Of a DNA stretch of 34,588 nucleotides, positions 16,901 through 26,078 are shown piece by piece. This stretch comes from a virus (Duplodnaviria; Caudoviricetes). The stretch's first letter is position 1. Every line of letters begins with the position of its first letter. The notes under the pieces are model-generated. The model was not told where the DNA came from, did not search any database, and worked only from the letters and a program-made list of their open reading frames with translations. The position numbers and the translations under genes are program-made. The DNA is taken from positions 1 through 34,588 of IMG/VR virus record IMGVR_UViG_3300006735_000100. One strand, given 5' to 3'.

Positions 16901-19900
16901 AGAATGAGATATATTAACAGTATGGCTTATATCATCAGTAAGAGAACTATCTGTAGATGCTAAAGAGCATGTTACATTTGCTCCGCTTTGAGAAAAATTA
17001 CAATTAGAACCACTAAAATTACCAGCAACTAAGGTATAACCCGTAAGCGGTGTTATTGTAAATACACTAGTATTAGATACGTCAGATGTATTTATGTTTT
17101 GTACAAAAGATACAGGATCAGATATTGTAATTTTACCAGAAACATTAGCTCCAGTTGCTGTTAAAGTTTTAGTTATAGTTATTTGTGTTCTTGCTGTATC
17201 TCCAGCTATTGAAGCATAAGTTCCAACACCTTGTACTGTAAACTCTTTTTCATCAATATTACTTAATGTTGTAGTATCTCCAAGTATGTTATTACTCCAT
17301 AATCCTTCTTTTTCCACAAACTCCTTAACATTACCCGTTTGTTTTTCTGTTAATACAGAGTTAGCATACCAACCTTTTTTGGCTAATGTTTGACTAGCAC
17401 CATTATATGTATATTTTCTAGAATCACTTCCTTCATAATTTATAGTTTTAAAACTTTTAACAGAAGATGGTGCATCATTCATTATAACATTAACAGAAGA
17501 TTCATAACCTGTACTATAAAATTTATTTCTTATAGGATTATTATGAGAATATAATAAACCTTGATTAAATGTATAATACAAACCATTTAATGAAGTTCCA
17601 AATTGTGGTATAAAAGACCTAAACGAAGTCCAACCATCAACTCTTTCATCAAATGATATAGTATAATTGTTTAATGTTAAATTATAGCACTTTTTGTTTT
17701 CATCAAACGTACCTATAAAACCGTTAGACAGTGGTATATTATCATTAAACCAATCACCCATACCCTTTTCAGATATATTAGTTATACCGTCTCTAGATAG
17801 TCTTAAAACACACGATCTGGCTTTGTCTAAAAAATACATTCTAAAACCATAATGACAAATAGATTCAGGAAACTTACCACAACCGTAAGTACCTAAATAA
17901 GGTATTGTTTGACCTAAAACATTATTACTAGCAGTTAACTGAGGATTACCATCAGCATTGAATAAAGCATCTTTATTTGCTAGTATTCTTAATACTCTAT
18001 CTTCACAAAACGTAACTAAATCTGTGTCTCTAGCAACTATTCTCTGTATACTACCATACTCTGGGTTTAACTCTTTAGTTATATTTTCAGCTTGTATAAA
18101 TTGATTTAAATCATTAACACCACTTATGGAGTTTATTATACCAGAAAATATTAAACCACTTTTCTTATTATCTTCTTTATAACGAGTATCTATTGTTGAT
18201 GAAACAATTGGGCCTTTGTCTATAAAAACAGCATTAAAGTCATCTTGTATCCTATTTGATTCTACGCCATTACCAAAAGAAAAGCAGTTGAACCAATCAA
18301 TAGAATTTTCAAAGCCATGTATTTTATTATCTTGACTTAATGTTATACTTGTTGTAGTGTTTGTACCAGTAGCTGTTATATCTTTATAATACAATTCATC
18401 ACTAGACCATATTCTATATGTATATCCAGCATTGACAGTACTATTTATAGTGCCTGACCAAGATATAGAAGTTTTCTTATCACCATTAGTATCAACAGAA
18501 TTATCAATACCTGTTATTACTTGTTTAGTTGTATGCTCTGTATTTTGTATTTTCATACCAGGCTTTAGTATAAATAACTGATCTGAAGCCTCATAAAATA
18601 AATCTAAATCAACAGAAGTTATAGGTTCTGTTTCAAATACAGCTGGATTAGTAGATGTTAAGTTATCATTTTCAAAATCTATTTCTCTTTTTACTATAGC
18701 TATCTCTGTTATTATACCAGTAGTACCACTACCTGATACAGTGAAATTATCAAAATAACCTCCTCCATCTTTTATACTTTCAAATTCAACATTATATCTT
18801 CTTCTTTTACCTGATAATTTCTTTTTCTTGCTTGTAGTATCAGATCTATATGATGTAGTAATAGCACAACTTGTAATCTTATATACACCACCAGCAAATC
18901 CACTAGAATTTGAAAACTGTATTAGAGTACCTGCTGTATTTATTTTTGATAAAAAATCACTTATTTCATTACTTAAATTATGATCTACAGTGTTTTCTCC
19001 AGTGTCAACCCCTGATAAAATAAAAGAAAATGTTTTGTTATCTGATTTAGGATGTTCATTATCTAATATCCTAAGATCTGAGAATTCGTTATTATCAGCT
19101 TTTGAATCTTTCCAAGATATTCCAGAGTTTTCACTATTATCCTCTGTAAAATCATTTGTTGAATCTAAAGATATATTTTGTCTTTCTTTTACACTATACT
19201 TTATTTTATTCAATTTAAATGCATCAATAACATTTTCATCTAAAATAGTGTCTCTATTTACTTTAACAAAAAATCTTCCAGAAAATTCAGATTTATAAGA
19301 GCTTGTTTCTTGATATATATTTATTTTAAAATATTCGTTTGCTTCAAAATTAGTTGAAGCTAGTATGGTGGATTCTTTTGATTCAAAACCATCTTCAAGA
19401 TTCACTTCATAAACAGTAGTAACTCCCATAGTGCCAGCACTACCATTTGTTTCTCCATTTATACCACCACTTTCTATTTTGTATTTGTCTGTAGTACCTA
19501 TTTCATTTCCAGAAGAGTCATACGATGTTATACTAACATAACCCAAAGAATTAAAGGATCTAGCAAACTCCGGATTTTCAGCATCAGTAGGTCCTCTAAA
19601 TTTAAAATAAGAAGAGTTTACTGTTGGTTTATTGCTAGCATCTGACAATATAATAGCTCTATAGCTTGATTTTAAATTAATATCAACCGTTAGTGACCTA
19701 GGTGCCTCGTTTTGTATATCTAATATTCTATATTTTGCTTCTTCTTTAACAAAATCGTCAGAATCATGTTTCTTTTTTAATGTTATATATCTTTCCTCTT
19801 GTATTTTATTTCTTTCAGATGATGGGAATGATAACCACACACTATCATCTTTAGCTATATAAAATCTATCTAGAGCAAGATTATAGTATTCATTTGAAGT

Positions 19901-21559
19901 TTCTTTTATAAAATATTTATAGTGAGTTGCCCAGTCCGGAGGTATACTATCAATTCTTGCTGATAAATAATTAATAGAATCAGCTTGAATTTTATTTATA
20001 ATAGCAGATGATTTTTTACTAGAGAAGACTGGTGTTTCTCTTTGAAAATAATCAGAGTAAACAACACCAACTTGGTATGTTCTTTCTGATTTTATAGATT
20101 TTTCACCAACACCTATAGAAGAAGTCCTATTAGTTATACTAGATGTTACTGATATTTCAGGTATGTTATTATCTTCTATGTCATATCCTTGAGTATAATT
20201 AGCATAAACTAATCTATTACCAATTGTTTCTTGAGCTTTAGCTTTTAAAGGAACATTATCCCAAGGTCTTAATAATTGATTTGAAGGTATTACTAAACCC
20301 AATGTTTCAGATTCAACAGTATAACTAGTTGACTCATCAGTTATAGTATGTGTTACATAAACTAAATTATTATTAGACTCTTTAAGTAATACTTCAATTT
20401 TTTCTACATCAAGAGGTTTTTCAAAACCACTAACAACTATTGATTTAACAGTATTTAACATACCGTCATTATACCCATCATCAGATTTGTACGTAAATGT
20501 TCCAGGTAAAAATGCAATATCAGAAAAAGGTGAAAACGTAGAGTATTCACCATCATTGTATTTCCATCTATATGCAAACCTTATTAACTTTTTTTCAAAT
20601 AAAGCTTTACCCTCATCCAACAAACAAGTAAATAATAACGAGTTATCTGGTAAATTACTAGGCTTTGTTAATAGTATAGCTCTTACACTATTAGCTTCAT
20701 TTAATAATTCTGTTATTTTTATTGTTAGCTTGTATGTTGTTGTTGATTTATCTGAATTATCTTGAGTGGTAGTTAATGTTATTACATCATCTTTTAAGAA
20801 GTTAGGAGTAGGTGCAAAGCCTATAGTAAAAGCTCCTCCAATACTTATATCAGAAAAATCATAAGAAACAAAAACGCTATTGTTATCAGCACTAGTTCCT
20901 ATTCCAGATCTTTTAGAAGAACTTAATGTTAATGTAGGTGCATTTCTAGGAGCTAACTTTATAGTTGTTACGTGCTCATTTTTAAAATTATTAGCAGCTG
21001 CTCTTTGAGTGGCATTCATTACCGTGCCATCATATTTTGTAGTAGTTGCAAAATCTACAGAACCTGACTTAAATTTTTCTATATTTATTTTTTTAGGATC
21101 AGTTTGATTGTCTGTCCAAGCTAACAACCCTTCTATAACATTAATACCTGTGACTAAATAGTCTTTACTAAAATTTAGTATACTTCCAGTATCCACTAAC
21201 ACTGGTAACACTTCTTTAGTTACATCATCATATTCAGCAATACAACTAGCTTCATCAGAAGCTACTAACCAATATATTTTATTGTTTTCATTGTCTACAA
21301 CATGACCTATACATTCAGCATTAGTTAAGTTAGATATAAAACTAGAGCTCCAATTAGAAACTGTATTTGTAACAGCATCTAATTTTTTACCATTAATTAA
21401 AGTATTACCTAAGCTGTTTTGAATAGAACCTATGTCAGAGCCTTCAGAAGTAACTATTTCTATGTTTTGTGCATCTCTGTACTCACCATTAGGTATTAAT
21501 CTCTCATCAAGATCCTTATTCATCCGACCAGCTCGGAAATGATGTTTTATGTCTGGCAT
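13964..21559 (-). CDS. Tail muzzle / stabilization protein with ~1080-aa Ser/Thr-rich C-terminal extension, 2531 aa
   Basis: N-terminal F.AGRMNKDLDERLIPNGEYRDAQN; RFAYRWKY.DGEYS.FSPFS; P.KAKAQE.IGNRLVYANY; FSFGNGVESNRI.DDFN; FDE.V.GWTSF; FVEKEGLW. These are crAss-like tail stabilization signatures. Confidence 0.85.
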   Translation of the reverse strand: MPDIKHHFRAGRMNKDLDERLIPNGEYRDAQNIEIVTSEGSDIGSIQNSLGNTLINGKKLDAVTNTVSNWSSSFISNLTNAECIGHVVDNENNKIYWLVASDEASCIAEYDDVTKEVLPVLVDTGSILNFSKDYLVTGINVIEGLLAWTDNQTDPKKINIEKFKSGSVDFATTTKYDGTVMNATQRAAANNFKNEHVTTIKLAPRNAPTLTLSSSKRSGIGTSADNNSVFVSYDFSDISIGGAFTIGFAPTPNFLKDDVITLTTTQDNSDKSTTTYKLTIKITELLNEANSVRAILLTKPSNLPDNSLLFTCLLDEGKALFEKKLIRFAYRWKYNDGEYSTFSPFSDIAFLPGTFTYKSDDGYNDGMLNTVKSIVVSGFEKPLDVEKIEVLLKESNNNLVYVTHTITDESTSYTVESETLGLVIPSNQLLRPWDNVPLKAKAQETIGNRLVYANYTQGYDIEDNNIPEISVTSSITNRTSSIGVGEKSIKSERTYQVGVVYSDYFQRETPVFSSKKSSAIINKIQADSINYLSARIDSIPPDWATHYKYFIKETSNEYYNLALDRFYIAKDDSVWLSFPSSERNKIQEERYITLKKKHDSDDFVKEEAKYRILDIQNEAPRSLTVDINLKSSYRAIILSDASNKPTVNSSYFKFRGPTDAENPEFARSFNSLGYVSITSYDSSGNEIGTTDKYKIESGGINGETNGSAGTMGVTTVYEVNLEDGFESKESTILASTNFEANEYFKINIYQETSSYKSEFSGRFFVKVNRDTILDENVIDAFKLNKIKYSVKERQNISLDSTNDFTEDNSENSGISWKDSKADNNEFSDLRILDNEHPKSDNKTFSFILSGVDTGENTVDHNLSNEISDFLSKINTAGTLIQFSNSSGFAGGVYKITSCAITTSYRSDTTSKKKKLSGKRRRYNVEFESIKDGGGYFDNFTVSGSGTTGIITEIAIVKREIDFENDNLTSTNPAVFETEPITSVDLDLFYEASDQLFILKPGMKIQNTEHTTKQVITGIDNSVDTNGDKKTSISWSGTINSTVNAGYTYRIWSSDELYYKDITATGTNTTTSITLSQDNKIHGFENSIDWFNCFSFGNGVESNRIQDDFNAVFIDKGPIVSSTIDTRYKEDNKKSGLIFSGIINSISGVNDLNQFIQAENITKELNPEYGSIQRIVARDTDLVTFCEDRVLRILANKDALFNADGNPQLTASNNVLGQTIPYLGTYGCGKFPESICHYGFRMYFLDKARSCVLRLSRDGITNISEKGMGDWFNDNIPLSNGFIGTFDENKKCYNLTLNNYTISFDERVDGWTSFRSFIPQFGTSLNGLYYTFNQGLLYSHNNPIRNKFYSTGYESSVNVIMNDAPSSVKSFKTINYEGSDSRKYTYNGASQTLAKKGWYANSVLTEKQTGNVKEFVEKEGLWSNNILGDTTTLSNIDEKEFTVQGVGTYASIAGDTARTQITITKTLTATGANVSGKITISDPVSFVQNINTSDVSNTSVFTITPLTGYTLVAGNFSGSNCNFSQSGANVTCSLASTDSSLTDDISHTVNISHSGALTTTTYSVGITHETFEENTLATTEGSIVTGSNIIGTNTYTGGVVDVESTVFTIAFTPDSGFEFDEAPVATVVYSNGGGGKNMYRITNNWSSSDKDAKVTFTVRYTFGSKNPTGDKITFVAKAIKEVTAVPTSITGAEVSKRTVLATGETRSFKIFGTPGAKFNITRRELEQTKTVDAASYTVVTDYGTSSNSVGNNISWWHGTIATGKAADYAWQDYPYIGHHAIPASGVYEFDEVIPALTNSNEKYIYYRIDPGINQYDDSGNGGQVLSNQPLTIIKRTKFNADGTIAGDEFPGANIADHTSTKANFLPLSTQSATWASGFKLTFASAPPVLSDGDWSTDVTWNGMPGGRRFIVSSTANSGTEINLKEQIFNVNTGSSAGFNTYRFVVPGQTSDTLGTSISAPRIQPSSISQLASGTVITFSKVNANTYGDIILKQLPDAKIKLKLKKSIPDQVYAFPGSSVATTSSRTGTATAKVNGTISSTTALVVDNNSGTIAVGDRVTGSGVDNNVTIKTVTDQNTLVLSSAQSISDNVDLTFSAVTTSATYDIISSYAEHEPVSGSSKYIANISSIMQAVDASANDESFILSEIKEISADDFKYEKATLTYTGTASINSGTTLSFAAAVTSTANVDGAINSDTLVVDNEVGDILIGDVVSGSGISGTPTVTAVALDTPSDHTTLTLSESESLSDNVALTFTRTPTTTIPDAVYVGSSIDYNIYNSDGTVASSHTNTVSAINTDRTVITLGTAATGSSIITTGTVFLFNKTTPENWDFDLKNINGTINNTNAGNKYTVTGDIEISKYGLADVTLELDLDKLLSHTIEGSATVYTPPTVTTKKAIKTKISGDVSEAVLISGHNRVAVNSGSAATYNGTGYIIAELIGNNLKEGANTTQGGENQIVINAVADDTSNITALQISSLKVTSPDYTDTWTSLSNGKYQGTSASKLGFSWAATLKAGIDTTDDLDITFTVTKSGSIA
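14807..15019 (-). repeat. ~70-aa beta-rich module, copy B (in muzzle extension)
   Basis: TSTANVDGAINSDTLVVDNEVGDILIGDVVSGSGISGTPTVTAVALDTPSDHTTLTLSESESLSDNVALTF. Confidence 0.85.
15281..15487 (-). repeat. ~70-aa beta-rich module, copy A (in muzzle extension)
   Basis: TGTATAKVNGTISSTTALVVDNNSGTIAVGDRVTGSGVDNNVTIKTVTDQNTLVLSSAQSISDNVDLTF. Confidence 0.85.
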
Positions 21560-21562
21560 ATC

Positions 21563-22729
21563 TTAATGTTTAATTTGCTTAGATTTATTTCTCATTATTT
21601 GGGTAAGTTCCTCGGATTTGAGGTTAGATAATCTTAGTTTTGCTTTTCTTTTTTCAGCAAATCTTTCTTTTTTAAACCTGTTAATTATGTATTCAGGTAC
21701 TTTAGTTTTACTAGCTAAAACAGCGTGGGCTATATGTTTATATATGGCTTCTTCAGCAAATTTATGAACGACCATTTCTGAGTCTTGTGCAAGTCCATCA
21801 CTAATATATTTAAGTGTTACTAACCTGCTTGATATATTAGAACTAAAATATATAATACCTTTTATCTCATCAATAAAAAAAGATCCATTATTTTGAGCAT
21901 ACTCTGGAGTTATACCAAATCTTCTTCCAGCAGCTTTTAAATCTAATTCATCTAGATCTTGCTTGGACTCTTTATTTTGTTCTATGTTTGACGATGTAGA
22001 ATATTTATCCCAAGTCAAAGAATTGAAAGATGTTTGTAATTTTCCATTAACATCAAATAAATATCTATAATCTGAATCCTGCAATATACCCGTGGGATTA
22101 CTAGTGTTTCTAGTTGGATATATAATTCTTTCAATACCATCCCCATCCGACCAACTCAACTTAACGTAGTTAACATAGTCTTGAGGTAAAATCATATTTA
22201 ATGTTGGAGGAATTTCTATTTCTTGAGATTTAATTGATTTTAATGTATCATAACTTAACTCTTGTATACCTCTCTGAGCATGAAAAGCAACATCTGCTTT
22301 TTTTACTCTATCTATTATTTTATCATTACCTACATAAGAAACCATGAAGTTATCTATTATATCACCAATACTTATATGTTGATAATTACCATATTCCTCT
22401 GTAGATGTACTTTCAATAAATACAATTTTTAAACCAGATTTTGGTGCACCACTAGATTCTTGAAGATCTGAATTTACCCCAGAAGTATTATGAAAAACTA
22501 TATTATAAGAATCATCAGCAGAAGTGTCTGATGGAGCTGTACCATTATAAGTATACGTACTTTTGTTTATAATTTTATTATTTATATAAACATTTATATC
22601 AGCTTGTTGAGTTGGTCTTGTAGTAAAATATGACGTAGTTATATTAAAACTAGTTGTACTTCCATTTCCAGTAAAACTTTGAGACTGATTATAATATGCT
22701 TCCTCAGTTCTTGTTCCTAGTAGTCCCAT
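21563..22729 (-). CDS. Tail ring / tubular-type structural protein with N-terminal beta domain, 388 aa
   Basis: FHAQRGIQELSYD.LKSIKSQE...LPQDYVNYVKLSW...LKYISDGL...VHKFAEEA.YK; the N-terminus has an FTGNGSTTSF...VYIN...GAP.SG module. Located between capsid and muzzle genes. Confidence 0.75.
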   Translation of the reverse strand: MGLLGTRTEEAYYNQSQSFTGNGSTTSFNITTSYFTTRPTQQADINVYINNKIINKSTYTYNGTAPSDTSADDSYNIVFHNTSGVNSDLQESSGAPKSGLKIVFIESTSTEEYGNYQHISIGDIIDNFMVSYVGNDKIIDRVKKADVAFHAQRGIQELSYDTLKSIKSQEIEIPPTLNMILPQDYVNYVKLSWSDGDGIERIIYPTRNTSNPTGILQDSDYRYLFDVNGKLQTSFNSLTWDKYSTSSNIEQNKESKQDLDELDLKAAGRRFGITPEYAQNNGSFFIDEIKGIIYFSSNISSRLVTLKYISDGLAQDSEMVVHKFAEEAIYKHIAHAVLASKTKVPEYIINRFKKERFAEKRKAKLRLSNLKSEELTQIMRNKSKQIKH

Positions 22730-22732
22730 TTA

Positions 22733-23680
22733 TTATGCTTTTTCTTGTTGAACTTTTTTAATTTCTTCTTGAGAAGATACCTGATACAATTGAGGATCTT
22801 CAAGTAATATACCAGCTAAAGCCAATATTTTTATCACTAAATTTGTTTCTTCTGATTCGTGTAATTCAAAGTTTGTGGATGTTGTACTGTTATAAAGAGA
22901 AACATCATTAACTACAGTACCAGTCCAACTAACTGCTGCTGGTTTTTTTATATAGTTATATGTTATATCAGATGATATAGTGCTTGGATAAATCTCTATT
23001 CTATTACCAGAGTTGGTTTTTCTTATAAAAACAGGTCTTTTAGTTGTTGGAACTGCTAAAGGTGAAAGGTTATATTGTATTAATTCTTTTCTTGTTATTT
23101 CTTCAACCTCATAATCTACTCCAGATAAAGTATAATAAACATTACCTAATTGATATATTTCAGGATTATTGAAATCAAAAGTTAATGCTACATTATCAGA
23201 TATTGATGATGCACTTGATAAGGTTAATGTTGTATGATTAGAGGGAGTGTTTAAAGCAACTGCATCTATTGTTACCCCTGAAGACACACCACTTCCAGTG
23301 ACTGTCATACCTGGTAAAACACTACCGGTTGTAGCATCTAAAACAACAGAAGTTGAACTTGAAATGGATCCATCAACGGTACCTGTACCAGTCTCTGAAC
23401 TATCAAGTCTAACTAAATTATTAGTTATGGATAAAGGAGTTTGACTAAAAACTTCAAATATAGACATCTTTTCTTCAAGAAAAGCAACTGAATCTGAATA
23501 TTCTAAGTCGTATTTAGGTAATCTATTGAATTGACCTAAATCATAAAAATATTGATTAAAAATATCAAGTTGAGCTTGGTTAGCGAAAAGATTAAACTCA
23601 AGAGGTGTTACATAACCTCTTTTTTCTTTATTTGATATACTTAAAACTCTTTGATATACAGTATCTACGTTTACAGCCAT
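22733..23680 (-). CDS. Tail ring / adaptor-type structural protein with inserted beta module, 315 aa
   Basis: VDTVYQRVL.I.NKE.RGY.TP.EFNLFANQAQLDIF...IYP...YIKKP..V.W...FELHESEE..LV.KIL.LAG. Confidence 0.75.
   Translation of the reverse strand: MAVNVDTVYQRVLSISNKEKRGYVTPLEFNLFANQAQLDIFNQYFYDLGQFNRLPKYDLEYSDSVAFLEEKMSIFEVFSQTPLSITNNLVRLDSSETGTGTVDGSISSSTSVVLDATTGSVLPGMTVTGSGVSSGVTIDAVALNTPSNHTTLTLSSASSISDNVALTFDFNNPEIYQLGNVYYTLSGVDYEVEEITRKELIQYNLSPLAVPTTKRPVFIRKTNSGNRIEIYPSTISSDITYNYIKKPAAVSWTGTVVNDVSLYNSTTSTNFELHESEETNLVIKILALAGILLEDPQLYQVSSQEEIKKVQQEKA
23177..23392 (-). repeat. ~70-aa beta-rich module, copy C (inserted in ring protein)
   Basis: TGTGTVDGSISSSTSVVLDATTGSVLPGMTVTGSGVSSGVTIDAVALNTPSNHTTLTLSSASSISDNVALTF. 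Confidence 0.85.
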
Positions 23681-23692
23681 AATTTTTTATTT

Positions 23693-23733
23693 TGTAGTAG
23701 TTAAGCCACCAAGTTGATGGCCTAACATCTACA
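23693..23733 (-). other. Intergenic RNA hairpin without U-tract
   Basis: Minus strand TGTAG-AT-GTTAGGCCATCA-ACT-TGGTGGCTTAAC-TA-CTACA; the two stem deviations are G-U pairs only on the transcribed strand. Confidence 0.7.
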
Positions 23734-23739
23734 TGGAAC

Positions 23740-24549
23740 TTAATCCTTTAATCGTTTTTCAATATTAGAGTATATTTCCATACCCTCATCTGTTTTGAAG
23801 AAAGCCGCTAATGCAGAATATGGATGTTCATCAAAAGGAACAGTCATAACTTTTCTTCCATTGCTACCCCAAGTAAAGTTTCTTTGATCTTGTGATAGTT
23901 TAACTATACCAGCTTCTACGGCTTTAATACCAAAGTTTCTTAATTGAACATTATCATCAGAGACTAATTCTAAGAACAATCCTGGGTTTGATCTAGCAAA
24001 TAGTAATAAATCTCTTTTAAGCTCCTTAGAACTCATCTTAGATACCTCAGATCCAATTTCTACACGCATCACTGCTTCTGCAACATCTATGTCTAGATTT
24101 TTTGCTGCATTTAAAGCATCGATTTGTGCTTCTAGATTAACTAATTGATCTTGAGCTATCTGAGCAGGTATATGTTCTTGATACAAGTTGTTTAACTTTG
24201 GATGATAAATTGAAAGTAATTTTTGTAACACTGTTTTTTCTCTAGGAACAAATAATCCTCCATTTTCAAAAACAACTCTACCTAGTATTTGATCACCTTT
24301 CATTTCATCTACAAAAACTGTTTTTTGATTTGTAGTGTATTTTAATTCTCTCTCATATCCTTTTTCTTCATCAAACCAGTATATACCGCTTGTTTTTATT
24401 GAATAAGTGAGTGGACGTAGTTCATCTTTTAATGTGTACATCCTGTCTTTTATAATCCAGTCGTTTTTCTTTTCAACAACTGGTCTTTCCATTGTTGTTG
24501 TTGACACTGTTTCTTCAACAATATCTACTTTTTTTTGTTTTTTTGCCAT
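23740..24549 (-). CDS. Conserved phage protein immediately downstream of MCP, 269 aa
   Basis: Intact ORF (W.IKDR.Y.L...WFDEEKGYERELKY..NQ...F.NG.L.VP...SSKELKRDLL.FAR.NP..FLEL); function not recognised. Confidence 0.75.
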   Translation of the reverse strand: MAKKQKKVDIVEETVSTTTMERPVVEKKNDWIIKDRMYTLKDELRPLTYSIKTSGIYWFDEEKGYERELKYTTNQKTVFVDEMKGDQILGRVVFENGGLFVPREKTVLQKLLSIYHPKLNNLYQEHIPAQIAQDQLVNLEAQIDALNAAKNLDIDVAEAVMRVEIGSEVSKMSSKELKRDLLLFARSNPGLFLELVSDDNVQLRNFGIKAVEAGIVKLSQDQRNFTWGSNGRKVMTVPFDEHPYSALAAFFKTDEGMEIYSNIEKRLKD

Positions 24550-24550
24550 G

Positions 24551-24573
24551 ATATAATATAATATAATATAATA
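24551..24573 (-). repeat. (TATAT)n pentamer array directly upstream of a start codon
   Basis: Minus strand TATTATATTATATTATATTATATC-ATG. Confidence 0.8.
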
Positions 24574-24578
24574 AGTGT

Positions 24579-24612
24579 AAAAATTACCCCCATCTATAAG
24601 ACGAGGGTAATT
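24579..24612 (-). terminator. Intrinsic terminator after the major capsid gene
   Basis: Minus strand AATTACCCTCGTCT-TAT-AGATGGGGGTAATT (two G-U pairs) ending in T5, 14 nt after the MCP stop. Confidence 0.85.
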
Positions 24613-24626
24613 ATTAAATAAATGTA

Positions 24627-26066
24627 TTAACCTTTGATTAACATGAAGTTATTAGCTCCTTGAGTAACTAAACATCTTTCAGAAAGGTAATGTACTTCCA
24701 TTACATCTTTTCCAGAAGTTTGTGCCCCAACAGAACCAGTAACCCAAGTCTTCATTTTACGATCATCAGTTTCAGAAGATCTGTAACGAACATGCAAGAA
24801 AGGACGAGTTAAGTTCTTTCCTAATTGCTCATCATAAACAGATGAAACACCAGCAGGAACAATAACTCCTCTGATAGCATTCGTATTAGAAGTGTTAATA
24901 AATCCTCTTGTTCCTTGATCATTTAAGTATTTCCAATCAGACTTATAAAAATCATAAGATCCTCTTCGGAAACCTGAAAAACCAAGATTCAAAGCCATAT
25001 CTTCGCTATTGCTAAATACTCCATAAGAACTACCAGTAGCATAAGCACTGTTAATACTTCCTAGCATGTCATCAATTTTAAGAGCTGTTGATCTATTTAA
25101 GAATAACATGTTCTCCTCAATTGCACCATTTTTATCAAATGTAGCTAGAATATTATCAAACTCAGTAAAGTTAGTAGCAGGAGTTCCAGAATCAAGACCA
25201 TCTGTTACATGACCACGAGCTGTAATAGCAGCAAATAATCCTTCACTACCAAAGTCCTCAGCAGCACCATTAATAGAACCATCAGCAGTTGAAGAACCTG
25301 CAACACCTTTTACAGATTCCATCATTGACATTTCCAAGTAATCAGCGAATCTTGCTCGAGTGTCTCCTTCAGCTTTCAAATACCATAAGTATCCTGATTG
25401 TCCTTCTTCTCCAGTAACTTCCACCCAGCCAACAGCTGAAGTATCAGATCCAGAAACTTCGTAATAATCTTTCAAGATAATATGCTTGTTAGTTTGAGTT
25501 TTGAACTGAGGAGCGTTAGCAGCATCTCTACCAGGTTTTCCTTTTCCAAACTCAGAACCATAAACTAATATTGAATATGCACCTGCACCTGCACTATCTG
25601 AAAAAGCAAAGAATTGAGTTGTATAAGAAAGAATAGTAACAGAAGCACCACTTACAGCTGAAACATAACCGTTAAACTGCTTATTTTGACCTGCAGCTGC
25701 TACAAGAACTTGATCTCCTACTCTTATTCCATGCTCTGATCCAATGGAGTTACCATCTACATCATTTACAATAGTCCAAACATTAGCATCCTCAGCAGTT
25801 TCATTAGTAGCTGTGTAAGCTAAATGTAATCTACCCTGCTCAGACCAAACTACTTGATCAGACTGTGAAGCTTCTTCTGCTCCAACTTGAGATAAGAAAC
25901 CTGAAATTGACCTATTTCCATAAATTTCAGCTTCTTTTTCCATTAAATCAGGTAGGTACTGTTGTGCCCAACCTTTAGTTGCACTTGCTGTAAAGTCAAT
26001 ATAATTGCTTGACAGCGTTTGTTTAGCCGGTGCCGCATCGGGTCCAGCTGCGCTTGTTATTGCCAT
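24627..26066 (-). CDS. Major capsid protein, 479 aa
   Basis: Follows portal and scaffold and is followed by a terminator. WAQQYLPDL...WSEQGRLH...YLWYLKAE.DTR.RF.DYLE...G.EGLFAAI..RG...LNLGFSGFRRG.YDFYK.DWKYLN...LSERCL...GANNF. Confidence 0.9.
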   Translation of the reverse strand: MAITSAAGPDAAPAKQTLSSNYIDFTASATKGWAQQYLPDLMEKEAEIYGNRSISGFLSQVGAEEASQSDQVVWSEQGRLHLAYTATNETAEDANVWTIVNDVDGNSIGSEHGIRVGDQVLVAAAGQNKQFNGYVSAVSGASVTILSYTTQFFAFSDSAGAGAYSILVYGSEFGKGKPGRDAANAPQFKTQTNKHIILKDYYEVSGSDTSAVGWVEVTGEEGQSGYLWYLKAEGDTRARFADYLEMSMMESVKGVAGSSTADGSINGAAEDFGSEGLFAAITARGHVTDGLDSGTPATNFTEFDNILATFDKNGAIEENMLFLNRSTALKIDDMLGSINSAYATGSSYGVFSNSEDMALNLGFSGFRRGSYDFYKSDWKYLNDQGTRGFINTSNTNAIRGVIVPAGVSSVYDEQLGKNLTRPFLHVRYRSSETDDRKMKTWVTGSVGAQTSGKDVMEVHYLSERCLVTQGANNFMLIKG

Positions 26067-26078
26067 AATTGTTTTGTT

